Shown: positions 1 through 9,074, numbered from the stretch's first letter. The stretch: DNA of 64,000 bases from Myxococcota bacterium (GCA_963674735.2 CAXXQS010000001.1:2240001-2304000); one strand, 5' to 3'. Made by a program: numbers and translations. Notes: generated by a model from the letters alone, not told the origin.

Positions 1-349
1 AGGGCACCCCGGCGAGTGCGAGTGCCTGGCACTCTTCACCGCCACGGCCGAAGACGAAAGGATCTCCCCCCTTCAAACGCACCACACGCTTGCCCTCTTG
101 TGCTTTTTTTACCAGCAGCGCACAGATTTCCTCTTGCGGCAAGGCATGACATCCCGAGCTTTTGCCCACAAAAATTTTCTCCGGCGCACTCGACAACGCC
201 ACGAACTCATCGGCCATCAGGTTGTCATACACAAGCACGTCGCACCGCGTGATAAGGTGCATCCCCCGTAGCGTAATAAGTCCCGGATCACCCGGTCCCG
301 CTCCCACCAGCGCCACGTAGCCGATCTGCGTTGTTTTGCTTTCGCTCAT
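1..349 (-). CDS. cobA: Uroporphyrinogen-III C-methyltransferase, N-terminal part (runs off window; may be a CobA-HemD fusion)
   Basis: Not in the ORF track. Manual translation from ATG at 349: [29 protein letters not shown]...[18 protein letters not shown], the canonical SUMT motifs. Directly downstream of sirC. Confidence 0.92.
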   Translation of the reverse strand, partial: MSESKTTQIGYVALVGAGPGDPGLITLRGMHLITRCDVLVYDNLMADEFVALSSAPEKIFVGKSSGCHALPQEEICALLVKKAQEGKRVVRLKGGDPFVFGRGGEECQALALAGVP

Positions 350-362
350 GTTACCGATAACC

Positions 363-1013
363 TTAGCTATGTTTGTTGTCTAAAACCTGCTGTATTTCGC
401 CCAACAACACATTTTCCGCCTCGGCTTCCCGACCTTCCAACCACAAACTCAGTGCGGTGGATTGCGCCAGTCTTTCCCCCGCCGCCTGGACCAAGTCGGG
501 TCGGCGTGCGCGCACGGACTCTCGCAACTCTCCCAGACGAGCGACATAACGGGATAAACTTTGCGGATAACGCTCTTCCAATTCGTGCCGGATACGCCGA
601 GCCAACGCAGGCGCATTTCCGTGGGTTGAGATAGCCAGTGTCAGAGGATGCCGATCCACGATGGAAGGCACGTAAAAATCGCACAACTCCGGCATGTCAA
701 CGGCATTGACCCAGATTCCGCTTTGGCGCGCCAGTTGGGATACCCGTTCGTTCAACCCGCGATTGGCCGTGGCCGCCACAACCAAGCGAGCACCCTCCAA
801 ATCGGACTCGCTAAAGTCACGCAAGAAAAGGCGGATTCTCCCGTGTTGCTCCATGGTCTCGACGACCGGAGACGCATCGCGAGCCACAACGGTCACACTG
901 GCACCGCAGCGCAACAGCGACTCGATTTTACGTGACGCCACGCGACCGGCACCCACGACCAGGACAGGTTGTTGGTCAAGTTTCAGAAAAAAAGGATAAA
1001 GCGGAGCGGGCAT
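363..1013 (-). CDS. Precorrin-2 dehydrogenase / sirohydrochlorin ferrochelatase (CysG N-terminal / SirC / Met8p type)
   Basis: [23 protein letters not shown]-binding motif, [30 protein letters not shown]; adjacent to cobA. Confidence 0.9.
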   Translation of the reverse strand: MPAPLYPFFLKLDQQPVLVVGAGRVASRKIESLLRCGASVTVVARDASPVVETMEQHGRIRLFLRDFSESDLEGARLVVAATANRGLNERVSQLARQSGIWVNAVDMPELCDFYVPSIVDRHPLTLAISTHGNAPALARRIRHELEERYPQSLSRYVARLGELRESVRARRPDLVQAAGERLAQSTALSLWLEGREAEAENVLLGEIQQVLDNKHS

Positions 1014-1193
1014 TTATGCAGCTTTCGTCCAGACAATCCCCGAATTCCGCGTGAGCATACAAAGCCCGCCTCCGAATTTCAAGTCAAATCTAAAATTTCC
1101 ACAAAGTCTTTTCAGTTTCGCCCTACGTAAAACAACAATCGGTTATGGCTGTTATTACTATTTGTTATTTTCTATCAAACCCCTAATTCGTTA

Positions 1194-1213
1194 ACTTTGT
1201 AATCGTTATGAGT
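1194..1213. promoter_or_regulatory. Candidate Fur/PerR-type operator
   Basis: TGTAATCGTTATG (TAA-N3-TTA dyad core) in an AT-rich divergent intergenic region upstream of ferritin/rubrerythrin genes. Confidence 0.35.
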
Positions 1214-1314
1214 TCCGCCCGAGGCAAACACGGGGAAATCGACCTGCACTGAGCTGTACGGGGATGGAATCGCGATCCATCTTGACCGAGTCACAGCAAT
1301 AGAAGGGAAGTTAC

Positions 1315-2019
1315 ATGAAGTCTATCACCCCGGAAGAGCTTGCAAAAAACGATGGGAAAGAAGGCCGCCCCGCCTATGTCGCCCACGATGGCAAGGTCTA
1401 CGACGTCACGAACAGCCGTCTATGGAAAGACGGTCAGCACATGCGCAGTCATCCGGCTGGAGCCAATCTTTCACTCGAATTACAGGCCGCTCCGCATGGC
1501 ACGGTTGTACTCGAACGCATGGAACTGGTCGGCGAACTCGCGCAGCCGCAACCGACCGATACAATAGCCGAATTTCCACAGCCCGGGGCTTTGGCTGCGG
1601 CCATCTTGAAGCGTCATCCGCATCCGATATCAGTGCATTTTCCCATCGCGCTGTGTTTGGCTGCGGCCATCTTTACCGTGATCGGCGTCCTATTCGATCT
1701 CCCGGCGCTGGAAGCGACCGCTTTTTATAACCTCATCTTCGCCTTTTTAGCTGCTCCGGGAGCCGTGGCAACCGGCCTTCTAAGCTGGACTTACAACTAC
1801 GGGGCCATCTGGACACCCATTTACAAGAAGAAGGCTCTTTTATCCGTGCTTTTGGGTATTGTTCTGCTTGGCGCTCTGGGAACTCGACTCGCCGCGTTCG
1901 GCGGTGGTGCATCCGCAGATATATTGCTATGGACTTACCGAGCTCTGACGATTGTTTCCGCTCCCATCGTCATGGGGCTTGGCTTCTTAGGCGGTCGCAT
2001 CACTTTCCCGTCCGAATAA
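1315..2019 (+). CDS. Cytochrome b5-like heme-binding domain fused to a DUF2231-like membrane domain
   Basis: ITPEELAKNDGKEGRPAYVAHDGKVYDVTNS...H..G...APHG (b5 fold); HPHPISVHFPIAL followed by four hydrophobic helices; RBS GAAGGGAAG. Confidence 0.85.
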   Translation: MKSITPEELAKNDGKEGRPAYVAHDGKVYDVTNSRLWKDGQHMRSHPAGANLSLELQAAPHGTVVLERMELVGELAQPQPTDTIAEFPQPGALAAAILKRHPHPISVHFPIALCLAAAIFTVIGVLFDLPALEATAFYNLIFAFLAAPGAVATGLLSWTYNYGAIWTPIYKKKALLSVLLGIVLLGALGTRLAAFGGGASADILLWTYRALTIVSAPIVMGLGFLGGRITFPSE

Positions 2020-2035
2020 CGTAAAGGATCAGGTA

Positions 2036-2272
2036 ATGTCGCGTGAAGAAATAAAAGGATTGGATCGAATGATCGAAGTGGTGCTGCGCTCCATCCCCAA
2101 GGAACGGGAAGCACACAACCTATATTTGAACACATCGAAATCGGCCATCAATGAGATGACCCGTCTTCTTTTCGAAAAACTGGCCCAACAGGAAATGGAA
2201 CATGAAACGAAACTGAGGGCGATATTGGAGCTTTTAAGGAACGAAAAAAAACGGCTTTCTGAAAAAGGCTGA
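2036..2272 (+). CDS. Small ferritin-like / rubrerythrin-like protein (half diiron domain)
   Basis: IPKEREAHNLY...LFEKLAQQEMEHETKL gives one E...ExxH helix pair; operon position. Confidence 0.75.
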   Translation: MSREEIKGLDRMIEVVLRSIPKEREAHNLYLNTSKSAINEMTRLLFEKLAQQEMEHETKLRAILELLRNEKKRLSEKG

Positions 2273-2344
2273 ATGAGTAGAACAAAATTCCGTCGAGAAG
2301 CACGGAAAAAACGGTAAAACAATCAAACAGCCGGAAGGAGGTGA

Positions 2345-2785
2345 ATGATGCCGACAACGAAAGAAATTCATCAGGAACTGGTTCGGAACCTTAAGCAGTG
2401 GCAAAAAGTCGAAAACGCTTCCATCACCCAAACGGCGAAAGTTTTAGCGGAAACCGAAAATCCCCTCATTCGATTCGTGATGGAGATTATCCAGCGCGAC
2501 TCCAATTTCCATCACCGCATTCAACAACTGATGATCGACAGCTTGGAAAAAGAGCCAATTCAGTTGCAGGTCGAAGAGTTGGAAAGGATATGGGGGACCA
2601 TCGAACGCCATATCGAAATCGAAAAACGTACCATCGCCTTCGGCGAGGCCGTTCATACGCTGCTTGGGAAGAGTTCGACCGATGCAACGCTTCAATACAT
2701 GCTCTCCTATCTGCTGAAGGATGAACAGAAGCATGAGAAGCTTCTATCAGACCTTGCCTTGATCAAACAAGGCATGTATCCATGA
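2345..2785 (+). CDS. Ferritin-like superfamily protein
   Basis: Two helix pairs: KVENAS...RDSNFHH and EIEKRT...KDEQKH; strong RBS AAGGAGGTGA. Confidence 0.7.
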   Translation: MMPTTKEIHQELVRNLKQWQKVENASITQTAKVLAETENPLIRFVMEIIQRDSNFHHRIQQLMIDSLEKEPIQLQVEELERIWGTIERHIEIEKRTIAFGEAVHTLLGKSSTDATLQYMLSYLLKDEQKHEKLLSDLALIKQGMYP

Positions 2786-2843
2786 CGTAAAGAATATTGA
2801 AAATCGTTCTGAACAAACGAAAATCGAATGAAAGGAAGTAAGG

Positions 2844-3419
2844 ATGCCGGATATCAAAGGAACGCAAACCGAAAAGAATCTGCTGAAGGCCTTTGCGGGT
2901 GAATCCCAGGCACGTAACCGCTACACCTATTTCGTAGGCGCTGCGAAAAAAGAAGGTTACGTACAAATCGCCGACATTTTTGAAGAAACCGCCAACCAGG
3001 AAAAGGAGCACGCCAAACGTTTCTTCAAATTCCTGCAAGGTGGCATGGTCGAAATTACTGCCGAATTCCCAGCAGGTAAAGTCGGTACCACATTGGAAAA
3101 CCTGCTGGCGGCGGCCGCCGGTGAAAACGAAGAACACACGATCCTGTACCCCGAATTCGCCAAGGTTGCCCGTGAAGAAGGCTTCGAAGCGGTCGCGAAA
3201 GTTTTCGAAGCGGTGTGTGTCGCTGAGAAACAACACGAAAAGCGTTATCGGGATCTCGCCAAGAACATCGAAGATGGAACCGTCTTCAAGAAAGGTAGCA
3301 CCATCGTTTGGCGCTGCCGGAACTGTGGTTACCTGCACGAGGGAACCGAAGCTCCTGAAGCTTGCCCGGCCTGCGCCCATCCGAAGGCCCACTTCGAAGT
3401 GTTGGGTGAAAACTGGTAA
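2844..3419 (+). CDS. rbr: Rubrerythrin
   Basis: NLLKAFAGESQARNRY, EKEHAK, EKQHE, and a C-terminal rubredoxin-like WRCRNCGY...CPACAHPK. Confidence 0.97.
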   Translation: MPDIKGTQTEKNLLKAFAGESQARNRYTYFVGAAKKEGYVQIADIFEETANQEKEHAKRFFKFLQGGMVEITAEFPAGKVGTTLENLLAAAAGENEEHTILYPEFAKVAREEGFEAVAKVFEAVCVAEKQHEKRYRDLAKNIEDGTVFKKGSTIVWRCRNCGYLHEGTEAPEACPACAHPKAHFEVLGENW

Positions 3420-3428
3420 TTCCAAATC

Positions 3429-3470
3429 GACCGGCGGAATTCTTTCGTGTTTCCGCCGGTCTTAATTTTG
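3429..3470 (+). terminator. Intra-operon hairpin (terminator or mRNA stabiliser) after rbr
   Basis: GACCGGCGGAA...TTCCGCCGGTC followed by TTAATTTTG. Confidence 0.6.
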
Positions 3471-3486
3471 AACATGAGGATTGCCC

Positions 3487-3942
3487 ATGAAAACCTTCAA
3501 ATCAGTAGAAGAGCTGTTGGACTTCGCCATTGCGGAAGAAGTTGCTGCTGCCGACTTTTACCGCGGCCTAGCCGACAAAATGGAGTCCGAATGGATGAAG
3601 AAAGCTTTTCACGACTTCGCCAGAGAAGAGATGGGCCATAAGGCCAAACTCGAAGCGATCAAACGCGGGGGAAAATTAAAGGCTTCGGAAGGCAAAATCC
3701 TGGATCTTAAAATCGCCGAATATGTCGTAGACAGCGCACCGACACCCGAAATGGACTACTCCCAAGCTCTTATTCTCGCGATGAAAAAAGAAAAAGCGTC
3801 TTTCAAAATGTATCTCGATCTGGCCCAGTCGGTGGATGATCTGGACCTCTACGAGACGTTGATGGCCCTTGCCCGTGAAGAGGCTCAGCACAAGGTGCGC
3901 TTCGAAATCGAATACGACGACGAAGTATTATCCGAAAACTAG
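3487..3942 (+). CDS. Ferritin-family (rubrerythrin-like, no rubredoxin domain) protein
   Basis: FAIAEEVAAADFY...REEMGHKAKL and AMKKEKASFKMY...REEAQHK; ATG 3487 follows RBS GAGGA. Confidence 0.88.
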   Translation: MKTFKSVEELLDFAIAEEVAAADFYRGLADKMESEWMKKAFHDFAREEMGHKAKLEAIKRGGKLKASEGKILDLKIAEYVVDSAPTPEMDYSQALILAMKKEKASFKMYLDLAQSVDDLDLYETLMALAREEAQHKVRFEIEYDDEVLSEN

Positions 3943-3987
3943 GCATAATCTAGAAGCAACGGCAATCCATATACGGGAGGAAAAACA

Positions 3988-4362
3988 ATGACGAAGCGTC
4001 TTGAAGTTTATCTTTGTGGTGTCTGCGGCAATATGGTCGAAGTGGTTCGTGAAGCGGGCGGCGCACTGGTTTGCTGTGGCCAGGAAATGAGCCTGAAAAC
4101 CGAGAACACCACCGATGCCGCGACGGAAAAACACGTTCCGGTTATCGAGAAAGTGGACGGTGGCTACAAAGTTACCGTAGGTAGCGTCAGCCACCCGATG
4201 GAAGACAAGCATTACATCGAATGGATCGAGCTGCTGGCCGACAACAAAGCCTATCGTCAATTCCTCAACCCAGGTGAAGCGCCGACTGCGTTCTTCAACG
4301 TTGACGCCGAAAACGTGGCGGCGCGCGAATATTGCAATTTGCACGGACTATGGAGAAAATAA
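3988..4362 (+). CDS. dfx: Desulfoferrodoxin (2Fe superoxide reductase)
   Basis: YLCGVCGN...LVCCG desulforedoxin centre; [25 protein letters not shown]. Confidence 0.96.
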   Translation: MTKRLEVYLCGVCGNMVEVVREAGGALVCCGQEMSLKTENTTDAATEKHVPVIEKVDGGYKVTVGSVSHPMEDKHYIEWIELLADNKAYRQFLNPGEAPTAFFNVDAENVAAREYCNLHGLWRK

Positions 4363-4365
4363 ACG

Positions 4366-4878
4366 ATGTTAAGCGATAAAATGCAGGAAAAGCTGAATGA
4401 TCAGTTAAACTTCGAAGCCTTTTCCGCCTACATTTACATGGCGATGTCGGCCTATTTCGAAAGCATGGATCTTCCGGGTTTCTCCAATTGGATGCGCATA
4501 CAAACCCAGGAAGAGCTTTTTCATTCTTCCAAGTTCTTCGATTACATCAACGACCGGGATGGCCGCGTCGTTCTCAAGCAAATCGATGGACCGCCGACCG
4601 AATGGGAATCACCGTTGGCCGCTTTCGAGGATGCTCTCAAACACGAAAAGATTGTGACAAGCCGAATCCACGCTCTCGCCAAAATGGCCATGGAAGAAGG
4701 CGATCAGGCCACCTACACTTTCCTGCAGTGGTTTGTCAACGAACAAATCGAAGAAGAAGCCAATGTGCGCACGATCGTGCAGCATCTGAAAATGGTCGGG
4801 AAAGAAGGATACGGGCTTTTCATGCTTGACCGCGAACTTGGACAACGTGTCTTCACGATGCCCACGACAACCGCTTAG
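4366..4878 (+). CDS. ftnA: Non-heme ferritin
   Basis: LNDQLNFEAFSAYIY, QEELFH, HEKIVT, FLQWFVNEQIEEE, LDRELG. Confidence 0.95.
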   Translation: MLSDKMQEKLNDQLNFEAFSAYIYMAMSAYFESMDLPGFSNWMRIQTQEELFHSSKFFDYINDRDGRVVLKQIDGPPTEWESPLAAFEDALKHEKIVTSRIHALAKMAMEEGDQATYTFLQWFVNEQIEEEANVRTIVQHLKMVGKEGYGLFMLDRELGQRVFTMPTTTA

Positions 4879-4894
4879 TTCAGGCAAGCAAATT

Positions 4895-5545
4895 ATGGAA
4901 AAAACCCGACATCTCCGACGAAAATCGGATGCGCGTATGTTTGTCGAGGCTCGGGATTGGCTGGCGTTGGAGCAATGGACCCGCAATACATCCAATGTCG
5001 GCGCAACCCTGATCTCGTTGCTCTTCGACGAAAACCCGTTGTCACGTTGGCGCGCCGTTGAGGCCATGGGAGTCGCATCGCGCGTTATAGCCGACACCAG
5101 CCTGGAAAAAGTTCGACGGGTTATCCGCCGCTTGATCTGGCAAATGAACGACGAATCAGGTGGAGTCATCTGGAATGCTCCTGAAAGCCTGGGAGAAATT
5201 CTGGCATGCGTGCCGGAATTGGCCCCGGAATACAATCGCATTCTGGCCTATTACCTTTACACCTCGCCTTTCGAGCGCGGCGTGCACTGGGGCATGGCTC
5301 GAATTTGCGAAGTCACCCCGGAAATATACAACGATTACACACCCATGCTGGTCGGCTCCCTGCGCGACGAAGACCCCTTCATCCGTTACCAGGCGGCCAG
5401 AGCCCTGGTAAACGTGGGTAACGAAGAAGGATTGACCGCCCTTCAGCGTCTTGCAAACGACGAAAACAAGGTGAAAATGTACGATCGAACAACCGGCGAA
5501 TTCGGTGTTTTCCCGGTCAATTCGGCACTGCTTACGAAGGGATGA
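4895..5545 (+). CDS. HEAT-repeat protein, DVU0298-like family
   Basis: RWRAVEAMG, RRLIWQMNDESGGVIWNAPESLGEI, LRDEDPFIRYQAARAL; ATG 4895 chosen to avoid overlapping ftnA. Confidence 0.75.
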   Translation: MEKTRHLRRKSDARMFVEARDWLALEQWTRNTSNVGATLISLLFDENPLSRWRAVEAMGVASRVIADTSLEKVRRVIRRLIWQMNDESGGVIWNAPESLGEILACVPELAPEYNRILAYYLYTSPFERGVHWGMARICEVTPEIYNDYTPMLVGSLRDEDPFIRYQAARALVNVGNEEGLTALQRLANDENKVKMYDRTTGEFGVFPVNSALLTKG

Positions 5546-5576
5546 AAAGGGAGTGATAAATTCTAACATTTTTTAA

Positions 5577-5604
5577 TTGCATTTTCCCTTTTTCCGGGTA
5601 TACT
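5577..5604 (+). promoter_or_regulatory. Sigma70-like promoter of the tRNA gene
   Basis: TTGCAT-N16-TATACT about 20 nt upstream of the tRNA. Confidence 0.45.
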
Positions 5605-5623
5605 TCGGACCCTGCTTCGTGCT

Positions 5624-5698
5624 GGGCCTATAGCTCAGTGGTAGAGCTCCCGGCTCATAACCGGTTGGTCCCAGGTTCGAATCCTGGTGGGCCCACCA
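5624..5698 (+). tRNA. tRNA with CAT anticodon, most likely tRNA-Ile2 (lysidine)
   Basis: Full cloverleaf GGGCCTA...CTCATAA...GGTTCGAATCC...TGGGCCC-A-CCA. G1-C72 pairing and the absence of three G-C anticodon pairs exclude the initiator; C4-G69/C5-G68 match TilS determinants. Confidence 0.93.
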
Positions 5699-5778
5699 TC
5701 TTTTTCATGGCGTTTGCAAGGTGATAATCGGCTTGGAGTGCAGTTCCCGCTATCGCAAATTCGCAACGACACCAAACC

Positions 5779-5813
5779 AGACGCTTGGCGCCCTACACCA
5801 AGCGTCTTTTTTT
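5779..5813 (+). terminator. Rho-independent terminator after the tRNA
   Basis: AGACGCTTGG-N9-CCAAGCGTCT followed by a T run. Confidence 0.85.
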
Positions 5814-6054
5814 GTTGCCCGATACACCCAAGCTTCAGAAAGCGCCATGAAGCTGAAATCACAGGAACTTTCGACGACCATCAAGCAACGGACACTCGGC
5901 ATATCCCCACGTCGGCTCGCTCACTCAGCGAAGCTGCAACCGCCAAACGGGACAAAGGGCTATCCGACTCCGACCTTGATATCCGGATTGTTGAAAACGG
6001 TTTGATTCTGCCCGCCTAGGCGGGCGTTTAGAGATTGCACGCGGAGGCGAACGC

Positions 6055-6804
6055 ATGTCTACACCCCTCAAAGACGGCCCAAATTCGATCCAACACCAAC
6101 TGATGCTCCTGGTTGAGCTGCAAGAACTCGACAACGAAATCATCGAGTTCGAGGAAGAGCGCGACAAGATTCCCGGACAACTCGAAGGCCTGGAAGACGT
6201 TTTGCATGAACGCCGCAAGAAACTCGAAGAAGTCGAGAATCGGATGGTGATCATCGAAGATGACCTAGGAGAAAAGAAACAGTCCTTGGATCTTGAGCGA
6301 CTCAAGCTCAAAAACACCCGCAACAAAGAAACTGCCATTCAAAACATCAAGCAGTACGAGGCTTTCGTCAAAGAAGTCGAAACCCAGGAAAAAACCAGCG
6401 ACGAGTTGGAAATCGAGTTGAAAGAACTCGACCAGCAAATCGAGGAACTGCGCAAAGAAAAGGCTCTTTTAAGCGAAGAAATCAAGCAAATCACCGAAGA
6501 TCAGGCGGCGAAACGCAGAGGATTGGAAGAACGGATCGTCGAGTTGGATAAAACCCTCGAAGAATTGTATGACCTGCGCGATGAAAAGCAGGAAAACATC
6601 CGTGAAAGCATCTACTTGAAATACGAGTATATCGCAGAACGCAAAGAAGGGCTCGCCGTTGCCGAGGTTCAACATGGACACTGCCTCGCTTGCAACATGG
6701 CAATCCCCCCTCAGATGTTCAACGAGCTGATTCGAGGCAACCAGCTAATGAGCTGCCCGGCTTGTGGACGCATTCTCGTCTACATTGAACAAAACAACGA
6801 GTGA
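6055..6804 (+). CDS. Coiled-coil protein with C4-type zinc ribbon (COG1579 type)
   Basis: LVELQELD start, long heptad region, GLAVAEV..GHCLACNMAIPPQ...CPACGRIL; RBS GGAGG. Confidence 0.92.
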   Translation: MSTPLKDGPNSIQHQLMLLVELQELDNEIIEFEEERDKIPGQLEGLEDVLHERRKKLEEVENRMVIIEDDLGEKKQSLDLERLKLKNTRNKETAIQNIKQYEAFVKEVETQEKTSDELEIELKELDQQIEELRKEKALLSEEIKQITEDQAAKRRGLEERIVELDKTLEELYDLRDEKQENIRESIYLKYEYIAERKEGLAVAEVQHGHCLACNMAIPPQMFNELIRGNQLMSCPACGRILVYIEQNNE

Positions 6805-6805
6805 T

Positions 6806-6847
6806 CCTTAAAAAAGCCTTCCGCAACCACGGAAGGCTTTTTTAAGG
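6806..6847. terminator. Bidirectional terminator between convergent genes
   Basis: CCTTAAAAAAGCCTTCCG-CAACCA-CGGAAGGCTTTTTTAAGG, a perfect 18-bp inverted repeat with A/T tails. Confidence 0.92.
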
Positions 6848-6870
6848 TCTTGAATTTTCCAGCGCAATCG

Positions 6871-7938
6871 TCAGTCTGTCGCGCCCAACACTTGCCGACT
6901 GATCCGGCCTGCGAGTTTTCCCGCCGCATCGACGAAGATCTTCGCATATTCCGAGTCCGGATGCTCCACCACAGCAGGAACGCCCTTGTCTCCTCCGGCA
7001 CTGATATCCCGATGAATGGGCAGTTGGCCGAGGAGTTCGAGTCCCATCTCCTCTGCCATTTTACGTCCGCCGCCACCAGGGAATATTTCGTGCACGGTTT
7101 TACAATCCGGGCAGACAAACGTGCTCATATTCTCGATAACCCCAAAAACCGGGACGCCGACTTTATCGAACATGTATTTGGCCCGATACACATCAGCCAA
7201 CGCCACATCCTGGGGCGTTGTCACGAGGATCGCGCCGGTCGCCTTGATCTTCTGGCACAATGTGAGCTGCACATCACCGGTTCCCGGCGGCAGATCGACG
7301 ATCAGGTAATCCAACTCGCCCCACTCCACATCTCTCAAAAACTGGGTGATGAGGCTGGACAACATCGGACCTCGCCAGATCACCGGAGCATGACGCTCGG
7401 TGAGAAACCCGACCGACATCACCTTCAAATCGGCAACATCGATCGGCTTGATCATTTCCTTGCCTTCAACGGCGTCGGGTCGAACATCCAAAGCTCCGAG
7501 CATGGTCGGCAGCGACGGACCATACACATCGGCGTCCATCAACCCGACACTCGCACCCGACTTACGAAGCGCACAAGCCAAGTTGAGCGCCACGGTCGAT
7601 TTTCCGACCCCCCCCTTCCCCGACGCGACCAGAATCACGTTTTTCACCTGGGGAATGAGGTTTTCCTCTCCAGCCTGCCGGCCATCGGGACGTACACGGG
7701 CTCCAAGATTGACCGTAACGGAATCGACACCGGGAACCGCTTTGACGGCCTCTTCGCAATCATGGCGAATGGTGTCCTTGAGCGGACAAGCCGGGGTGGT
7801 CAATTCCACGGTGAAGCTCACCGCCGCATCCTGCACGACGACATCGCGGATCATGCCAAGACTAACCAGATCACGTTTCAATTCGGGGTCATTGACGTGT
7901 GAGAGCGCGTCGAGAATCTGCTTTTCCGTTACCGACAT
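6871..7938 (-). CDS. mrp: Mrp/NBP35 Fe-S cluster carrier ATPase (ApbC)
   Basis: N-terminal DUF59 (DPEL...LTTPACP), SGKGGVGKST, DADVYGPS, WRGPM, DLPPGTGD, ENMS..CPDC. Confidence 0.95.
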   Translation of the reverse strand: MSVTEKQILDALSHVNDPELKRDLVSLGMIRDVVVQDAAVSFTVELTTPACPLKDTIRHDCEEAVKAVPGVDSVTVNLGARVRPDGRQAGEENLIPQVKNVILVASGKGGVGKSTVALNLACALRKSGASVGLMDADVYGPSLPTMLGALDVRPDAVEGKEMIKPIDVADLKVMSVGFLTERHAPVIWRGPMLSSLITQFLRDVEWGELDYLIVDLPPGTGDVQLTLCQKIKATGAILVTTPQDVALADVYRAKYMFDKVGVPVFGVIENMSTFVCPDCKTVHEIFPGGGGRKMAEEMGLELLGQLPIHRDISAGGDKGVPAVVEHPDSEYAKIFVDAAGKLAGRISRQVLGATD

Positions 7939-8007
7939 GAGGATACCCTTTCCTACGAATCGTGATAGTTCAACGTGCCATCATTAAGCGGCTTTTCAAG
8001 ATCGAAT

Positions 8008-9060
8008 TCAGGCTTTAGCGACTTTCTCCACGGGAGCGGATTTACTATCAGTGGATTTGACAGCTGCCGCCTTCGTGCTTTTCTTTTTGGAGGCAGCCTT
8101 GGTTTTTTTTGTTCCGGTTGTTTTAGCTTTGGCCGAGCTCTTTCGGGTCGTTTTTTTAGTCGTCTTCTTGGCGGTTTTAGCCGCTATCGTTTCCACGCGC
8201 GGTCGTACCCGTTCATTGAGGAATTTTTCGATTCGTAGATGGATATACTCCGGCATTTCAATCGGGGCCGTGTGGCTACCGCCGGGGATCATCAGCAATT
8301 CACCGCCGGGAATCAATCCCTGCATCTCATGGGAAAGCCACATGGGAGTGAAGGTATCGCGCTCGCCACCAATGATAACGACAGGAACCTTGATATTCGG
8401 CAAATGCGGCTTGGCGCTATGCTGTTGTGCAGCAGCCAACATCGAGGCAAATAGATTGACATCCATTTTCCCGATATGCTCGAAGTACGGGGTGAAATCG
8501 TTCCGATTGACCAGCTTTCCATTTACTTCCATGTGGACGGCGATCTGGTAGGCAAGTTCACTCGTCGTAATAATCGTCCAAACCTTCTGAAGCACGTCCG
8601 TATGCGAATCAATGGCGCTTTTCAAGTAGGGGAAGACGGTTTTCAGCAACTTATTGTCATGGAACGTGTCGAGTGGATTGCCGTAACTCCCGCAGATCGG
8701 TACAAGCCCGCAAACTTTTTCCGGGTACAGATGAGCCATCTCGAACACCACCTGCACACCCATGCTATGACCAACCATAACCACCGGCGGAAGATCGAGG
8801 AAATCGAACAGCTTCGCCAGATCGTGGCAGGAATCTTCGATACCAAGATGATCCATCGTGCGCGGCATGTCGGAACGACCGTGTCCCTTGTAATTCCAGT
8901 GCACGATCTTGTAATTTTTTTCGAAATACGGGATGAAATATTTCCAGGCGTAGCCCTCACAGCCGATGCCGTCATTCAACACCAACGGAATTTCACCGTC
9001 TCCCATTACGCGGTAATACAGCTGCGTGCCATCCGCACCTTCAAACCAACCTTCTTTCAT
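8008..9060 (-). CDS. Alpha/beta hydrolase with a Lys/Ala/Thr-rich C-terminal tail
   Basis: WNYKGHGRS, GHSMG nucleophile elbow, GERDTFTP, GGSHTAP triad; basic low-complexity tail. Confidence 0.88.
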   Translation of the reverse strand: MKEGWFEGADGTQLYYRVMGDGEIPLVLNDGIGCEGYAWKYFIPYFEKNYKIVHWNYKGHGRSDMPRTMDHLGIEDSCHDLAKLFDFLDLPPVVMVGHSMGVQVVFEMAHLYPEKVCGLVPICGSYGNPLDTFHDNKLLKTVFPYLKSAIDSHTDVLQKVWTIITTSELAYQIAVHMEVNGKLVNRNDFTPYFEHIGKMDVNLFASMLAAAQQHSAKPHLPNIKVPVVIIGGERDTFTPMWLSHEMQGLIPGGELLMIPGGSHTAPIEMPEYIHLRIEKFLNERVRPRVETIAAKTAKKTTKKTTRKSSAKAKTTGTKKTKAASKKKSTKAAAVKSTDSKSAPVEKVAKA

Positions 9061-9074
9061 CCCACATTCCTCCC

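Noticed and set aside
1220-1300. c-di-GMP-I riboswitch (GGCAAAC...GAAA)
   Set aside because: The stem around GAAA and the GCAAAG/P2 consensus are missing.
1208-1317. Possible selenoprotein leader ORF (TGA at 1250 followed by a hairpin)
   Set aside because: No RBS, out of frame with the downstream gene, further TGA codons follow, and there is no redox motif.
5624-6054. tRNA used as an island integration site
   Set aside because: No duplicated tRNA 3' end and no integrase; a normal terminator and a housekeeping-type gene follow.
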